A DNA stretch of 64,000 nt from the NCBI RefSeq assembly GCF_009914755.1, contig NC_060930.1. One strand, given 5' to 3'. Positions 27,560-41,427 of this stretch are shown piece by piece. Position 1 is the stretch's first letter; each line of letters begins with the position of its first letter. The notes beneath the pieces were generated by a model that ran no database searches, was not told the origin of the DNA, and worked only from the letters and a program-made list of their open reading frames with translations. Source of the stretch: the human T2T-CHM13v2.0 reference genome, Homo sapiens. A program made the position numbers and the translations under genes.

Positions 27560-28860
27560 GCCCTGGACCCGTGCCTTGGAAGGGAAGAGCTTGGAGTTGC
27601 ACGTGGCGCAGCTGCCCCAGTGGTGGAGAGACCCGCCGCCTCTGCTGGGGAGGCAGCATCCAGTGTCCCTTCCATCCCCCACCCTTGGCGTGGCTAGGCG
27701 CCGGCAGCCGCCAGGCGCCTCCGCCGCGGCGCTATGGCAACGGCGGAGCCCGCCCAGGCGGCCACCCCAGCCCCCCTTCCCCGCTAGTTAAGGCTCTGTG
27801 TTATCCTTCCCCTTGCTCCCGCTAGGACTGTGATTCGACCCAGCGTCCTCCTGTCACCTCCTGCGAGGTGAGGGGCAGCCCCCGCTTAGAGTGCTGAACC
27901 CTTGCCACGTCCCTCGCCTCCCCCGCCCGTCTTCAGCGTGCGCAACCCTCTTCCCCGCGCTTCCCTCTCCCTCTCTGTATGGCACACACAATAACACACA
28001 CATACACACACACACATTCTCTCACACACACTCAAACATAGACACGCGCTCGCGCGCACTAAGACACATGCGCCCTCCGGGTGCATTTGGCACAGTGACG
28101 TCTCTCTAGTGCTCAAGAAAACTTTGCAGTTACACCCAGGAGCGTCTCTGTCCTGTTTCCCCCTTAACCTCCAGCCTCAGCCGACTCCCACTTGGCTGCA
28201 CAGGCTGGCCTGCTCCTCTGCAGCCGCTCAGCAAACATCTCTGAGAAAAGGTATCCGGAGCACCGACCCTAGGGTGCTGCCCCGAGGCTCTATGGCAGCG
28301 ACCTGAGGGTCAACCAAGGGTCACCTCCAGGCAGGCGGGCGAGCCCCTGACATTGAGTCTTGGTTGTCACCCCGCCTTTGATCCTGTGTTGGGACAACTT
28401 GGGTTTTCCTGGGTGCCCACCCGGCGGGCAAGGTGCATTTTAGAGAGTCAGTTCTCCTGCCCTAGGTCGAGCCAGATGTTCTCTGGCCGGCTTTTCTGGG
28501 AGCAGAGCCTGCGACTCTCCCAGGCAGGCGTCTCCAGAGCGCTGGCGCGGCGGGCACAGGGCATCCAGCGCGTCCCAGCGTATGTAAATGAGGCATCTTT
28601 GTTTCGCCGCAGCTGCGTCCCGGCCTTGCCCGCCCCAGGATAGGGTGAAGGCGGGACTCTTCCGTCCGCGGGGGTGTGACCAATTCCACGGCCTCTAAGC
28701 TGAACTGCGGCGGCGGAGGTAATTGAACCTTTCTTTTGTTACTTTAGCCGGTCCTTCTCTTCCGGGCATGCACTGACCCCAGCCTGTACGGAAGTGCGAG
28801 GGAGCTCAGAAGCCAGCTCCGGCTGTGTGCCCGGCTGGCCTAGGGTTCACCGTTCGGGAG
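27560..28860. promoter_or_regulatory. Intronic CpG island
   Basis: CpG-rich block with GC boxes, X-box-like GGCGCTATGGCAAC (27728-27741), near-CRE TGACGTCT (28096-28103) and a CA-rich tract (27985-28030). Confidence 0.8.
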
Positions 28861-31800
28861 CCCTCACATGTTTAAGCATCCTTTTTAAGAAATCACTCCC
28901 CAAGCTATCACTTGTTTCCGATCTTCAAGGTCAGGTTTTCATTCAAAATCTTTATCTGAACTGGAATTTAGAGCTCCAGTAGCAAAGACATCAACCCAAA
29001 CTTAGGCTCCTGGGCACCATCTCCAAGGTTTCCTTGCCGAATTGCTGAGCATATGGTAGGCCATGTCTTCCCTTCTGATGTTTCGACCTAACTTTTCTCT
29101 TAAAGACAAGCCAGTGGAACTGCTCTCTTAAAGGTTTCCCAGCAGAAGTCTTCCCTCCCAGACGCGCTGGGGTCTCTTTGGCACTGCACACTGACCACCT
29201 GTTTGTGGGACAGCAATCACACAGTCACCTCCTTGCGTACACGAAGAAGGTGAACACAGCCAGTTTAAGGGACCACCTATACGTTGTGGGATAAAATCAA
29301 CGTGAGAGAGAACAGAAAGTGTTCCTATGGAAATCCCGTTATTTTGCTGGGCATCCCATTTGCTCACAGATACAATAATTAGTAGCAGATGTACTGCAAC
29401 ATCGAATAGTGAGACTGAGCTTACAAGCCGCCACTCTACAAATTCTTTGAAAGAGATTTTTCCTCCTTTGAGAGGTGAGGTGGGCGGGAGGGAGGAGTGG
29501 CCTTACATCTGGAAGCAGGAAAACTGACTCTTGGGAGGCGGGGATGGGGGAGTAATAGCGGCTACTATCTGCAACAGATAAAGCCTGAACACCTGCTTAG
29601 CTGAGCTGTGGAATGCAAGGGAGAGAAATCATTCCAAGAATCGCCAACACAACGATCACACTTTAAAAAAATCAGTTTTTCTCATAAGTTCTCACTTACT
29701 CTTAAAGCTTCAAAGAATAACTTGATGTGATCCATCAAAAGAGGCACAATCATTTCAGAAAATGACTTTGAAAAATGATCTTTTTGTCTTCTAGAAATTG
29801 CACGCTTTCTCTACCCAGATACATGAAACTCAACACATTTTCTGGCTTTGTGAGATTGTCTTTCAGAAGCGAACATGGTTTATACGTCAGTAGACATTTC
29901 TTCAGACTAGCTTTGCTTTTTGGTTTAATGCAAGTGATCATTACGATGTGTTCATTCCTTAAATTCTCAGATGACACTCTTTCAACATTTACTCAGCACG
30001 GGAAAGTTAATGTGAATTCCTCTCACACGAAGAAGGAAAATACCATAGATCAAACGATGATGTATCATTGATTATCAAAGCCTTTTCAAGTTTTCTCACC
30101 ATTACATAAAGTGTTGTCTATGATAACAATGACATAATCTTTCATGCCATTTAGTTATCATAATTTCTGATAAAGAAAATGCCTTGCTCTTTTGTGGTAG
30201 AAATTAAACGTTCAGGTGAGAGAAATTACTTCACTTTGTCCTTCAGTTATTAAGATTTGACTTTGTTATGGTAGCCCCAATTACATTTATTGCCTGGAAA
30301 TTGTCAGTGCACATTTTTGCACATCAGATTAGAAACTAGTTTACTGTCTTTAAAATGTAACATACTTAAATTATTAATCTACTGCATGCTTAATACTTAG
30401 GGCTTGCAGGAGATCCCTGATTTTCCTCAGTAGGATGGTATGATATATTGAAATTTAAGTGTTGATTGTTTTTCATTTGGGTAGTGAAGGTTTAGCTTCA
30501 AAGGGCTTTCAATTTGTAGTCCAGTTATCAAAGTGTTAGAAGTGCTTCAATTGAATCTTCTACCCTAAATCTTAGCATGAAAAGTGAGGTCAGAAACCCC
30601 TGAAAGGGAAGGAAGTAGGTGCACATCATCATTATTGACTAGTCTAGATTAAACACTGAAGAGGAAGATTTCAATCTGATAACATCATAGGGCTTCCTGT
30701 TTTTCTTTGCTGCTTCTGCTGACAATTTTGTAAGGTAATTAAATTGGCTGATTGAAGTCACAGCGGTCATGGGGCGATAAAGACCATTTGGATTTAATGG
30801 AATTTAAAACAACAGAGCACAGAACACAACTCTTACCGAACAAGAATTTTAATGGTCCATTCAGGGTGCTGACTAAATAGAACGCCCTTAACAAGTTTAA
30901 TTGAAAGGGCAAGGCAGATTAGCACTATATAGTCTTTATGGTTGAAGATTGGGGAATTAAAATTATCCCTTTAAAAGACTCATTAATGCATTATCAAGAT
31001 TTAATGTAGGTTAAATAAGCTTTCTTCAAACCTTTATCATATACTGTGAACCTAGGTTTAGGACCAAGTTTCAATAATAAAACATTTTTAAGAGCTGATT
31101 TAATAAATGGAATTATAGATCTTTCTCATTTGAAAAAAAAAAGGCATTTAAAATTGAGCATATACAGTGTGTTGAAGGGTAAGTGTTGATGATAAATTCT
31201 CTATGTTCTATAACTGAAAGAAAATTTGACTTTTCTTTTAAAATTTGATTGTTGGTATTTTTTCATATAAAGAAAGCTTGTCAGTAGTAGAGAAACCACA
31301 GAGACAATAAAGGAATATTCTTTCTGCAGTTTCAATAGAGTAATAGGTATTTGATCTATTTTAGGTTGTTTTTAAAATCCTGACCTTTTTTCTTGCTGAA
31401 ACTTCTATATTCAGATTATTAAACTTCAATGTAGTAAGTCCCTTCTGCCCCTGAAGAAAGGGTAGATCACTGCTTAACATTGGGAACATTGAAGTACAAT
31501 CAGTCCCAAGGTGAAAGTCAAGCCTCAGTCACATATGAGATTATTCACTCCACCTGTTTCTTGCCATGTGGCATTGCCGACTCAGAGTTGTCAGTTCCTT
31601 AGATATTTCTAGAATAACATGAAACCAAATTTTTGTATAAAAATCTCCCAAATTTTAATTGTATACAATTTTGAAAAAAGCTTTTAAACTTCAGATTTGT
31701 AAACAGCAAAAGCATACAGCAGGTGAGGGGGGATGTGGTCTCATTTTTACCTTCTCGCCCATTCACATTTCACAGTTCCTCTAAGGCACACCTGCTTCCC

Positions 31801-34068
31801 TCACATCTCTTTGATCACCAAATAAGTAAGGTTTATTTGCCTCTTGCCTCACACCCTTAAAGCAAACTATGTTATATTCTTGTATTTTCAAAGTGACAGT
31901 TACCTAACCTGATAAAACTAATTTGTGGTAAAGTGAGTGGGGAGTTTAGAAAAGACTCTAAAAACTTTTCTGCAGGATTTTTTTTTTAATTTTTAATTTT
32001 ACTTTTGCATTTGGGCTTTGAGAATCCTCTTCAAAGATAGCAGCATTCAGATATAGTATTTGGTTTTTAGGTTTCTGCCTATAGATTAATTTAAACTCTT
32101 TATTTTCTTAGCTAAAAACTGAAAATTCTTTTCTGGATTTAGTAGAAAGGTCACTAGACAGCAGGGCCATTTGTGAAGATCTGAAAGGGTTTGGGGAGGG
32201 TATGTCTTTTAGTTATTTTTTCTACTGATACATATACTTCTATCAGTCTTTCTTTTTGGTTAAGTATTGCCCTGTTCCATGGCCTTATTTTAAGACAAGT
32301 ATATTCTGGAAGAGGAACACATAGTCTCAAGACTGTAGAGTTAGGATGAGTTTATTAGGATCGATCGATACTGTCTGTGACAGAGATGCTCAGATACAGA
32401 AGAAAATACTGGGTGCCTAAGGGAGTGCTGAGTGATTAGCATGGGTGTGGAAGGGAGGCTGAGAAAAGAGAGAAGTTAAATGACATTTGATACACAGTCT
32501 TTTTCAAATTTACCGCCAGACATCCCAATGCTTTGTAAATTGATATTTTGCTTGTATTAATCCAAATCTTTTAGCATAAGTGATTATTTTAAATAAGATG
32601 TAAATTATATTCTTACATTGACATTTTCTCCAATCAAAATGATTTTTAATGCTTTTTACCTCCTTTTCAATCAATTAGCTACTTTTCTATTATTAAACTA
32701 AAGTAAGAATTTGGAAGATGTTGCCTCTAGCTCTCATTTGTGTCTCCAGCTCAGTCTCAGTCTAAGTCCTTGACCTAGCACAATGAGAATATTGTGCTAA
32801 CATGATCAAATAAACAAAACAAATATTAAAGTAATGTTCTGCTTCTGAAATTTCAGTATATTCATAGCTATTTGGTCTATTTTATGTTGTCATTTAATCC
32901 TTCCTTTCTTACCTCTCCCTTTACTTTCTGAAGCTTCCTGCATTCAATTCATCATAGATTTTAGTACATTCGGGTCCTTCCTTCCCCAGAAGAAATGAAA
33001 TGGGAACTCTCTCAAAATGAATGAAAACTATAGAATCCTGGATTATCTAAGCTAAAGGGGAACTCAAAGGTCCCCACGTTTAGAGTCTTAAGTTTAGAGG
33101 TGAATTGCCAAGGACAGTTAAATAGCTTGTTCTAAATTGCAATTAATGTCAGATTTTATACCAAAACATGATTACCCTGGCTGCCAAAATTCAAAAAACT
33201 GAATTTTGCTGTTTTTTTCAGTGTAGCCTCTGACTCCCTGTGCTTTGAATCCATTTTAGAAAGAAATCTGGTAGCTCCCCTAGAAATGTGTCTACTTTGT
33301 TTCCTTTACCTTTTCTTTCCTAGTACATTATCTCATGGGTTATTGCTCTTTTCTCTTTTTTTTTCCTTAATGTGTAGCTCTATCAGCCTCTTGCATACCT
33401 GCTTACTTGTTCCTTTACTCAGTGTCAAAGCTTTTGCTGCATCCATTCATTCAACAATATTAAAGTGAGCACATATTATGTGGCAGGCATTTGGAAAACA
33501 GAATTCTAAGACTTAGCTTCTGATATTAAGGATTGTGTAATCCAGTTAAAGAGAAAAGATATGTACATATTAAAGTACCAATTGTATGGTACAGAAAATA
33601 TATACAATAGTTGTTTAAATGAGATTATTGCGGGCTTAAGTTTTTCCAGAAGAGATAGGATTCTGGCTGGTGCCTGAAAACATTGTGTGGTAGAAAGAAG
33701 GGGGAAATGTATCATTGGTGGAAGACTCAGCACAAGAAAAGGAATTTAGGCATAAATTAAGAAAATGAGTGTTGGGACAGATAATGGGCTAGCACTGAAG
33801 GGGCATAGATAAGGCCTTGATTTTTCAGAGCTTTAATATTTAGGTTACAGGGTTTAGACTACTGTGTGTAGCCACTGGAAAGCAATTGAAAATAGAGGAT
33901 GGGCTTGACATGGTGTGCAATAAGCAGTCAAATGATTTTGCAGTGTGTTGCTTACATTTTATGAAGAATAAGTGGATCTTCTTTCTCTTACTGAAATGGA
34001 AGCAAAAGACACATCTTGGTCCTTGATCACTGAAACCTTTAAGAAGTTCTTGAGCTCAGATCAAAGAT

Positions 34069-34632
34069 TATGTTAGTCAAAATTCTCCAGAGAAATAGAA
34101 AACACACATACACACATGCAGCAGGGAGGAAGTGAGAGAGAGAGAGAGAGAGAGAAGAGGAGGGTGTGGGTATTTATTATAAGTAATTGGCTTACATGAT
34201 TATGGTATTATGGATGCTAAGAAGTCCTAAGATCTGCAGTTGGAAAGCTAGAGACCCAGTGGTATAATTCTAGCCTGAAGACCAGCAGACTTGAGGTCCA
34301 GGAAGATTCAGTGTTTCATTTTGAACCCAAAGGCATGAAGAAAAAAAGAAAAAGAAAACCCAGGCTTGAAGGCAGTGAGGCAGGAGGAATTCCCTTTTTT
34401 TCTCAGGAGGGTCAGTCTTTTCACTCTATTCAGGCATTCAACTGAGCGGATGAAACCCACCCACATTACGGAGGGCAATCTTCTTTGCTCCATCTACTAT
34501 TTTACTGATTCAGATGCTAATTTCATACCAGAACACCCTCACAGACACACCCAAATTGTTTGACCAAATGGCTGGGCACCCCATTAGGCACCCACGGCCT
34601 AATCAAGTTGACATATAAAATTAAACATCACC
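34069..34632. mobile_element. ERVL LTR, MLT2-like, with internal (GA)n
   Basis: TTCTCCAGAGAAATAGAA ... ATTTATTATAAGTAATTGGCTTACATGATTATGG ... CAAGTTGACATATAAAATTAAACATCAC. Confidence 0.8.
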
Positions 34633-34860
34633 CAGATAATTCCAAAGCAAAATTCTGAAAGGAAATAAAGGAATGTCTTCTTAAGACATGGCCAGATCAA
34701 ATGATTAAGCAAGGAAAAGTTACCAATTAATCTTAAGGAAAATGCATTAGAGAACAATTTACAAGTACTATATACATCTTTGAGGGATACAGTAAATTGC
34801 CCCCAAGGAATTCTCAATGTTTTATGTTTAGTTCCAAGACATTTCTATTACCTGAAACAT

Positions 34861-34861
34861 T

Positions 34862-34911
<50 letters not shown>
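34861..34911. repeat. (TG)n microsatellite
   Basis: Read directly. Confidence 0.95.
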
Positions 34912-34913
<2 letters not shown>

Positions 34914-34919
34914 AGTTAA

Positions 34920-35200
34920 GATTATAATACCATATTTTTACTGTATATATTCTGTGTAGAAATGTTTAGATACACAAATATTTACCATTGTGTTCTGATT
35001 GCCTGCCATATCCAGCAGAGTAACATACTAGACAGGTTTGCAGCCTAGGAGCAATTGGCTGTAACATATAGCCTAGGTATATAGTAGGCTATACCATTTA
35101 GGTTTGGGTAAGTACACTCTGTGATGTTCACACAATGATGAAATCACCTAACGATGCATTTCTAAGAATGTATTCCTGTTGTTAAGCACTCATGAATGTA
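34920..35200. mobile_element. Tigger3/MER7-like DNA transposon fragment
   Basis: CAGGTTTGCAGCCTAGGAGCAAT...TAGTAGGCTATACCAT...AAGTACACTCTGTGATGTTCACACAATGATGAAATCACCTAACGATGCATTTCT. Confidence 0.8.
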
Positions 35201-36474
35201 TATACATAATATGTCTATCAATTATTTAAAATCAGAATTTAAAATAAATAGAATTAAAAGTTAAGACAACTTTAGTAGAATAGATTTATTTTTAGTAATA
35301 TTTTCTGATTCTACACAAACTCAGGATGTTAGACCGTGAATTTAGTTGTTTGGGTCATGAATTTTACTCTTGATTTTGTCATCTAATATTCATAAATTAG
35401 GAAAAATAAGTAAATCTTTCTGGCCCTTGACTTTCCTGTCTGAAGAATGAGTATTATTTGCTACCTGTTTAACTTCCAAGGATAATAGATAATGTTGGAT
35501 TTAATAGGAAAATGTGTAGAGCTCTGAGTTTATTAGCAGAAAAGGCCTTTTAGAGTTGAAAAAAAATTGTTTATTTACTGTGTATGTGTGGAATAAAATA
35601 ATATTTATTATCACTCATGAATATTGTATCTAACTTCTTAAACTGTGTATATTTAAGAAAATCAGCTTTTCTAAATTATTCATTAAAAATCTTCCTTGAA
35701 ATATACCTCAATTATTACAAATAGGTTGGTAAGGATTTATTAACTAATAGAACAAACTTCTGATTTAGTTACTTGATAGAAGAGTAAGTCTGTAGTTTCT
35801 TTTTCTTCCTTAAACATCATGACTTTAATTGGTGTTCTCAAATATATACAACATCAGAAGAAACAAACCAAAACTGAAAACAAATAATGAACAAAGAAAT
35901 CATGCCAAGTTCTGTGGTTTAAATTTTTTTCACTTTTTCATAAGTATATTGTTCTAGTTTACCTACACAAGTATTTTCTGATTTTTATATATACATCATT
36001 CTTTATGCATCTGCCTATGATGAACTTTTAGTTATTTCAAGGTTTGCAAACATATAAATAACTATCTTTGATCCATTTGTGTTGATTCAGGAAAGTTTCA
36101 TAAACACTTGGATTTGCTACAGTTGTTTGAGATGGATGTATGGGACTTTCCAGTTGTTATATTGGCTGCTTAGGCAATTTTTCTGGTGCTTACTTTTTAA
36201 GGTAGAACAGATTTTGGTACCACCCCTAGACCACTAACCTCAGCATTCTTCCTTAAGTGTCCTCTAAACTGACTTAAAAAAAAAGATCTAGCCCAGTGTT
36301 GGGGGATCAGCATAGAAGTGTCTAGGGAGAGACAAGAGAGGACAACCTACACCTCCTTGAGCAGTGGTACCATGCCAGAGAATCCACAGGACCATTTGAA
36401 AAGGTGTATTGAACTTAAATACAATTTTATATTTGCAAAATTAAAAAATTTTAAACTTCAATGTATAAATACTC

Positions 36475-36560
36475 TGTACACAAAATCCCAGCGACATGCA
36501 ATTTACCTGTATTACAAGCCTGCACATGTACCCCTGAACCTAAAGTCAAAGTTAAAAAAA
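36475..36560 (+). mobile_element. Short L1 3' end (old L1PA/PB)
   Basis: CCTGCACATGTACCCCTGAACCTAAA...AAAAAAA. Confidence 0.7.
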
Positions 36561-39500
36561 TGTAAAGTTTATTGGGAAAATTGCCTGACTGTTGAAGATA
36601 CTTAGTTTTTAATCAGTAATTTGCAACTGTCAAGGGTAAGGTGGAGGACAATCAGTCTCAAGATTTTTACGTTTATCTGAAGGGCAACTAGACTAAGCAC
36701 AGTTTGAAAAACAATCTCCTAGCTTAAGCTCAAGTCTAGTTTTTGTGTTTCTGGAAACAGCCTTCCCATGATGCAGAGCGGATGTTGGAATATATGAAGA
36801 ATATTTTTGAATTTTTGCCTCTAATGGGTGAAGAAAGGTGTCCCATTCTTTCATCTTTCCCTAAGGATTCTGGGTTGATCACTCAGGAAGACTTCCTGGA
36901 GATTAGGGGTGATCTTCCAATGATTCATCTTCAGCTTGTTCCCTTAAATTCATTTCTCTTTCTTTTGCTCTTCCATGTATCAACTATCTTTCAAAATCTA
37001 ATTCAAGTTTTGCCTCCTGCAAAGATATGTTTTAGATAGGCATTCTGCAGAATAAATTCAAACATTGACAAGATAATTTGATCTAATCAGTGGTTCTCAA
37101 ACTTTATATCAGAGGAAAGGGGCTTTACATAATTTAAATGTCTGGTCCCCAAACCTAGAAATTCTATAGTTTAATATGTTACTAGATTTAGTTAGCATGT
37201 TACAAGTGCATAACTGCATAGTTCTATGTGGTGGTTCTTAGTCCCTTTATTTATTTTACCAAAGTAACTGTACTTAAACAAAATAAAGATCTCACACACT
37301 GTGCTAGATAATCCTAAGAAGTTTTTGACCTTTAAGTTTATGATTCTTCTATTTATAATGAGCAGCGGCATCAGCTTTCGGAATTAGCAGTTGATAATCA
37401 TGTCTAGATGATGAAAAACAATGAGTAAATGTTGTAGATAACAGTTGGGGCTTAGATATTTTATAATTCTTCACAGAACACAGAGTGTTGGACTCTCAGA
37501 ACACCACTCAAGGGCTTATTCTTTAAAACCTAATCATTTAGAATATTTATATCCACACAACCAACCCCATAGCCCAAAGGGATCTTAAACAGGTGTTGTT
37601 TTATAAATAATGTCTAATATGATGTATGGTTGTGAGACTTTCCTCTCTCAATCTCCCACACTAAAGGATCCCCTAATAGATTATTTTAAAACTTTGTTTT
37701 CCCAGACTTAGAAAAAGAACTCCAGCAGACATTTGCTGTAGTTGAGAGGATTCCAACTTTTCAGTTGCCATGAATACATCCTAATGGTCCAGAATCTAGG
37801 CTGAAAATAATGTCCAGCCTAGATGGTATTTATTAGAAAACATGGAAATCTCTTGGACAATACCATGGCACCCCCATTCCCATCCCTAATGCTCTGATTA
37901 TACTCTCTGGACCTTTGTTACATCATGGTGCTGAGACATAAAATGTGGACACTACATTTGGAATTAAACCAGAATATTCTTATATATTTGTTTTAGGTAG
38001 ATAAATTGTTAATAATTGCATATACTGATTTAGTATTGAAATAAAAATGGTTTTTATCTGTCTAAATTATTGATATCTAAGTGTTTTCTGTATTGATTGC
38101 CTCCTCGGTGAAACACATACGTTTGTTAAATATATTCCTATAATTAAACTTGCCATCTAGATACAGACTTCTGTATAGGAGACACTTTACTGACAGTATG
38201 ATTTAAAAGTAGCATGATTATAGGTTGGATAGAGATTCCAAAGTATTAATATCATGATAATCACATGCTAATGGAAATTTTAAGATAAATATTGAAGAAA
38301 AAACTCAAGTTAACTTCATTATTTCTCAGAAGCTTTCTTTTTGGACTCAGCTATGTTTAGCAATATGTGTCTAAATATTTTCAATTCTTTTAATAATAAA
38401 TTATTCATAGGTGATTTAGCAATTGAGAGCATGTAAATATGTAATTTCAAGAAAATGCATCCAGTGGTGTGCAGTTCTCTGGAAGACAAACTATGAAAAA
38501 TCCTTCTACATGATATAAATTTCACAGTAGCTTACATTCATATATATTCATCTAATTATGGTTCTAGGATTACTATACCTTTGACCTTTCTATTGGTACG
38601 GGATAAATTGATATACGTAAATGTAGAATGTGAAAAAAAATTCACAACACAGAATAATAATTCATTTATTTTCTTTAGGTAAGAGTCTGACTTTACTAAA
38701 CCCGATAGCCACAAGTAAATGTTAATGGAAAGGTTTTCCCAAGGTTCTTTGAATTTCATACATGTTTTAATTCCTGGCAGGTAGCCAGACTATATCAGCA
38801 TTTAAAATACAAAACTAGGATAGAATTTTACCTATTTCAAGGTAGTATAGTTTGTGAGTAAACTGTGGAGAGAATTTTAACCTTTAAATTTGTTTATTGT
38901 TTCTCTGTACTATGTGTAAGATGACTAAACTTGGCTACAAAAAATAGCTATATCTTAATAACAAACCCCTATTTAAACCCCTATTTAGTATAATTTCTCT
39001 CTCTCTCACCCCTCCCTCCCTTCCTCTCTTTGTGTGTTGGGGGTGTTATTCTTCAAGAAAGAGAGATGAAGTTAAATTTATTTACCAGACAACAAACAAA
39101 TGCTTTATGTGTTGATTGTGAAGGAAGATGCTGAAAGTTTCCTATTAACTCTTTCAATTTCATTTCCATTTTCTATTTAAATTGCCATTCATTTCACCAA
39201 ATATTTATTCAGCATTGGTGTCTTGTCTGGTTTTTTAATTATTTGCATAACAAAGTAATTGAAAAAGCAAGATATAATTAAAACTTTCAGTAAATATAAA
39301 AATTTATCTAAAACATGCTTGATTATTTTTAGAAATACATTACATGGGGGATCCTAATGAGATCCTGATTGTTTTTGTTCTGAATGGCATCAAGATGTAT
39401 ATGTTTCAGTTTCATTCTATAGGTTCTGTTTCAGTATTTCAATTCAATTTCTTATTATAATTGAAGGATTATCTTAGTAACCTTAAAGAAATCCACAATT

Positions 39501-39591
39501 AATGTAATTTATCAATATGTATTTATATTTGAAGATGATTATTGTCTAACATTTAGAGTTTATACTATGATATATACACAACTATTATATT

Positions 39592-39687
39592 TTCAAGTCT
39601 TTATTTATACAAGCAACCAGTCATACAATTTGCTATTTGTTCAAGTCTTTATTTATACAAGCAACCAGTCATAAAATTTGCCATTTG
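39592..39687. repeat. 48-bp tandem duplication
   Basis: 39592-39639 versus 39640-39687, 2 mismatches. Confidence 0.9.
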
Positions 39688-40697
39688 TTCATTTATTTAT
39701 TCTTTCAATCATTCATTTAACAAATGTTTAACTGCTTACCCATGTGCCAGACACTTGACTGAGCAATAGGACACCAATAATTTGAAAATAAAAAGAACTG
39801 GTCTCTGCATCAAGAAGGATATCATATTCTATAGACATAGGTAACCACATAAATACAAAACAGTGTGACAAGTGCACACAATAATATGTAAATATTCTAA
39901 CATGAAGGGAGGCATCTAGCAGTTCTTAGAATAAAGTATTTCTAAACCTGTTGTTTGCATCTTGTGCTAAGACTTGGATCCACTGAGGACCTCATTCAGA
40001 AGTTTTATTCTTGCTATCAGATTAGAATGACCATGCATTTGTGCTCCTTTTCTCCACTGCCCCCAGCACCAGAAACCCTCAACTAGACCTCTAGTATCAA
40101 ATCATAGTGATGCCATTAATTTATTTCTTCTGTATTTTTATATGATTATATATATGAAATTATTTTTAAAACTAGTCCAAATTATTTTAAGTGTTTAGTT
40201 ACTGTATTTGTCAGGATGTAGATTCGGTGACATATCACAGATCCCCCCTGGAAGTCCCCAAAGCAAAAACAAAAGGTAGTTGTTCACTTCTCATGTCTCT
40301 CTGCAGATTTGGGTATTTCAGGGATGGTATGCTGGATCTGTAAGTTTCTGGGGTCTATGCTGTTTCCAGCTCTCTAGTCTACATCTTTAAGGAATGTTGT
40401 TTTGCATGATCTAAAAGGATGCTGTAGTGATCGCAGATACCCTCCCAGCAGCAGGATGGACACGTTTTAGATGTTGCACACGTCATTTTACCTCACATCC
40501 CATTAGTCAAATAGCTATTCCCTGGTGCACAGAAGGCTGGGAATTGAGTTCCTCTTATGGAAAATGTACCCAGCTGAAACATCTCAGGGTCTTTTCTTGT
40601 AGAAGATATGGGATATGCACGTTGAAAGACCACTGGTAGTCTCTGCCACAAGCATCTGACTAAATATTTCAGAAAAAAGCTCTGTAGAGTTTTAAAC

Positions 40698-40778
40698 TTG
40701 TGTGTGTGTGTGTGTGTGTGTATGTGTGTGTGGTGTGTGGTGTGTATATGTGTGTGGTGTGTGGGGTGTGTGTGTGTG
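40698..40778. repeat. Imperfect (TG)n tract
   Basis: Read directly. Confidence 0.9.
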
Positions 40779-41063
40779 TTGTTATAAAGTAATGCATTGT
40801 AGCTTATTTGGAAAATATGAAGTGTGAAAGTGAAAATAAAACCTCCCATAATTACACCATGCAGCTATAATCACTGTTATCATTTTGTTTCTATTAATTC
40901 TTGTTAAAAATTAAAACAAATATTTTGGTTGATTTAAAACGTAATACATGTTTATTGTAGAAAATAGAAAATATATAGAAAATTATAAATAAATATCACC
41001 CATTATCTCACCATAAGTAATATTTTATATTTATCCTTGATCTTACTGTATATGTTTTGTTAA

Positions 41064-41427
<364 letters not shown>

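Noticed and set aside
30855-30872. TCAGCACC half-site on the - strand as a second RE1
   Set aside because: No properly spaced GGACAG right half
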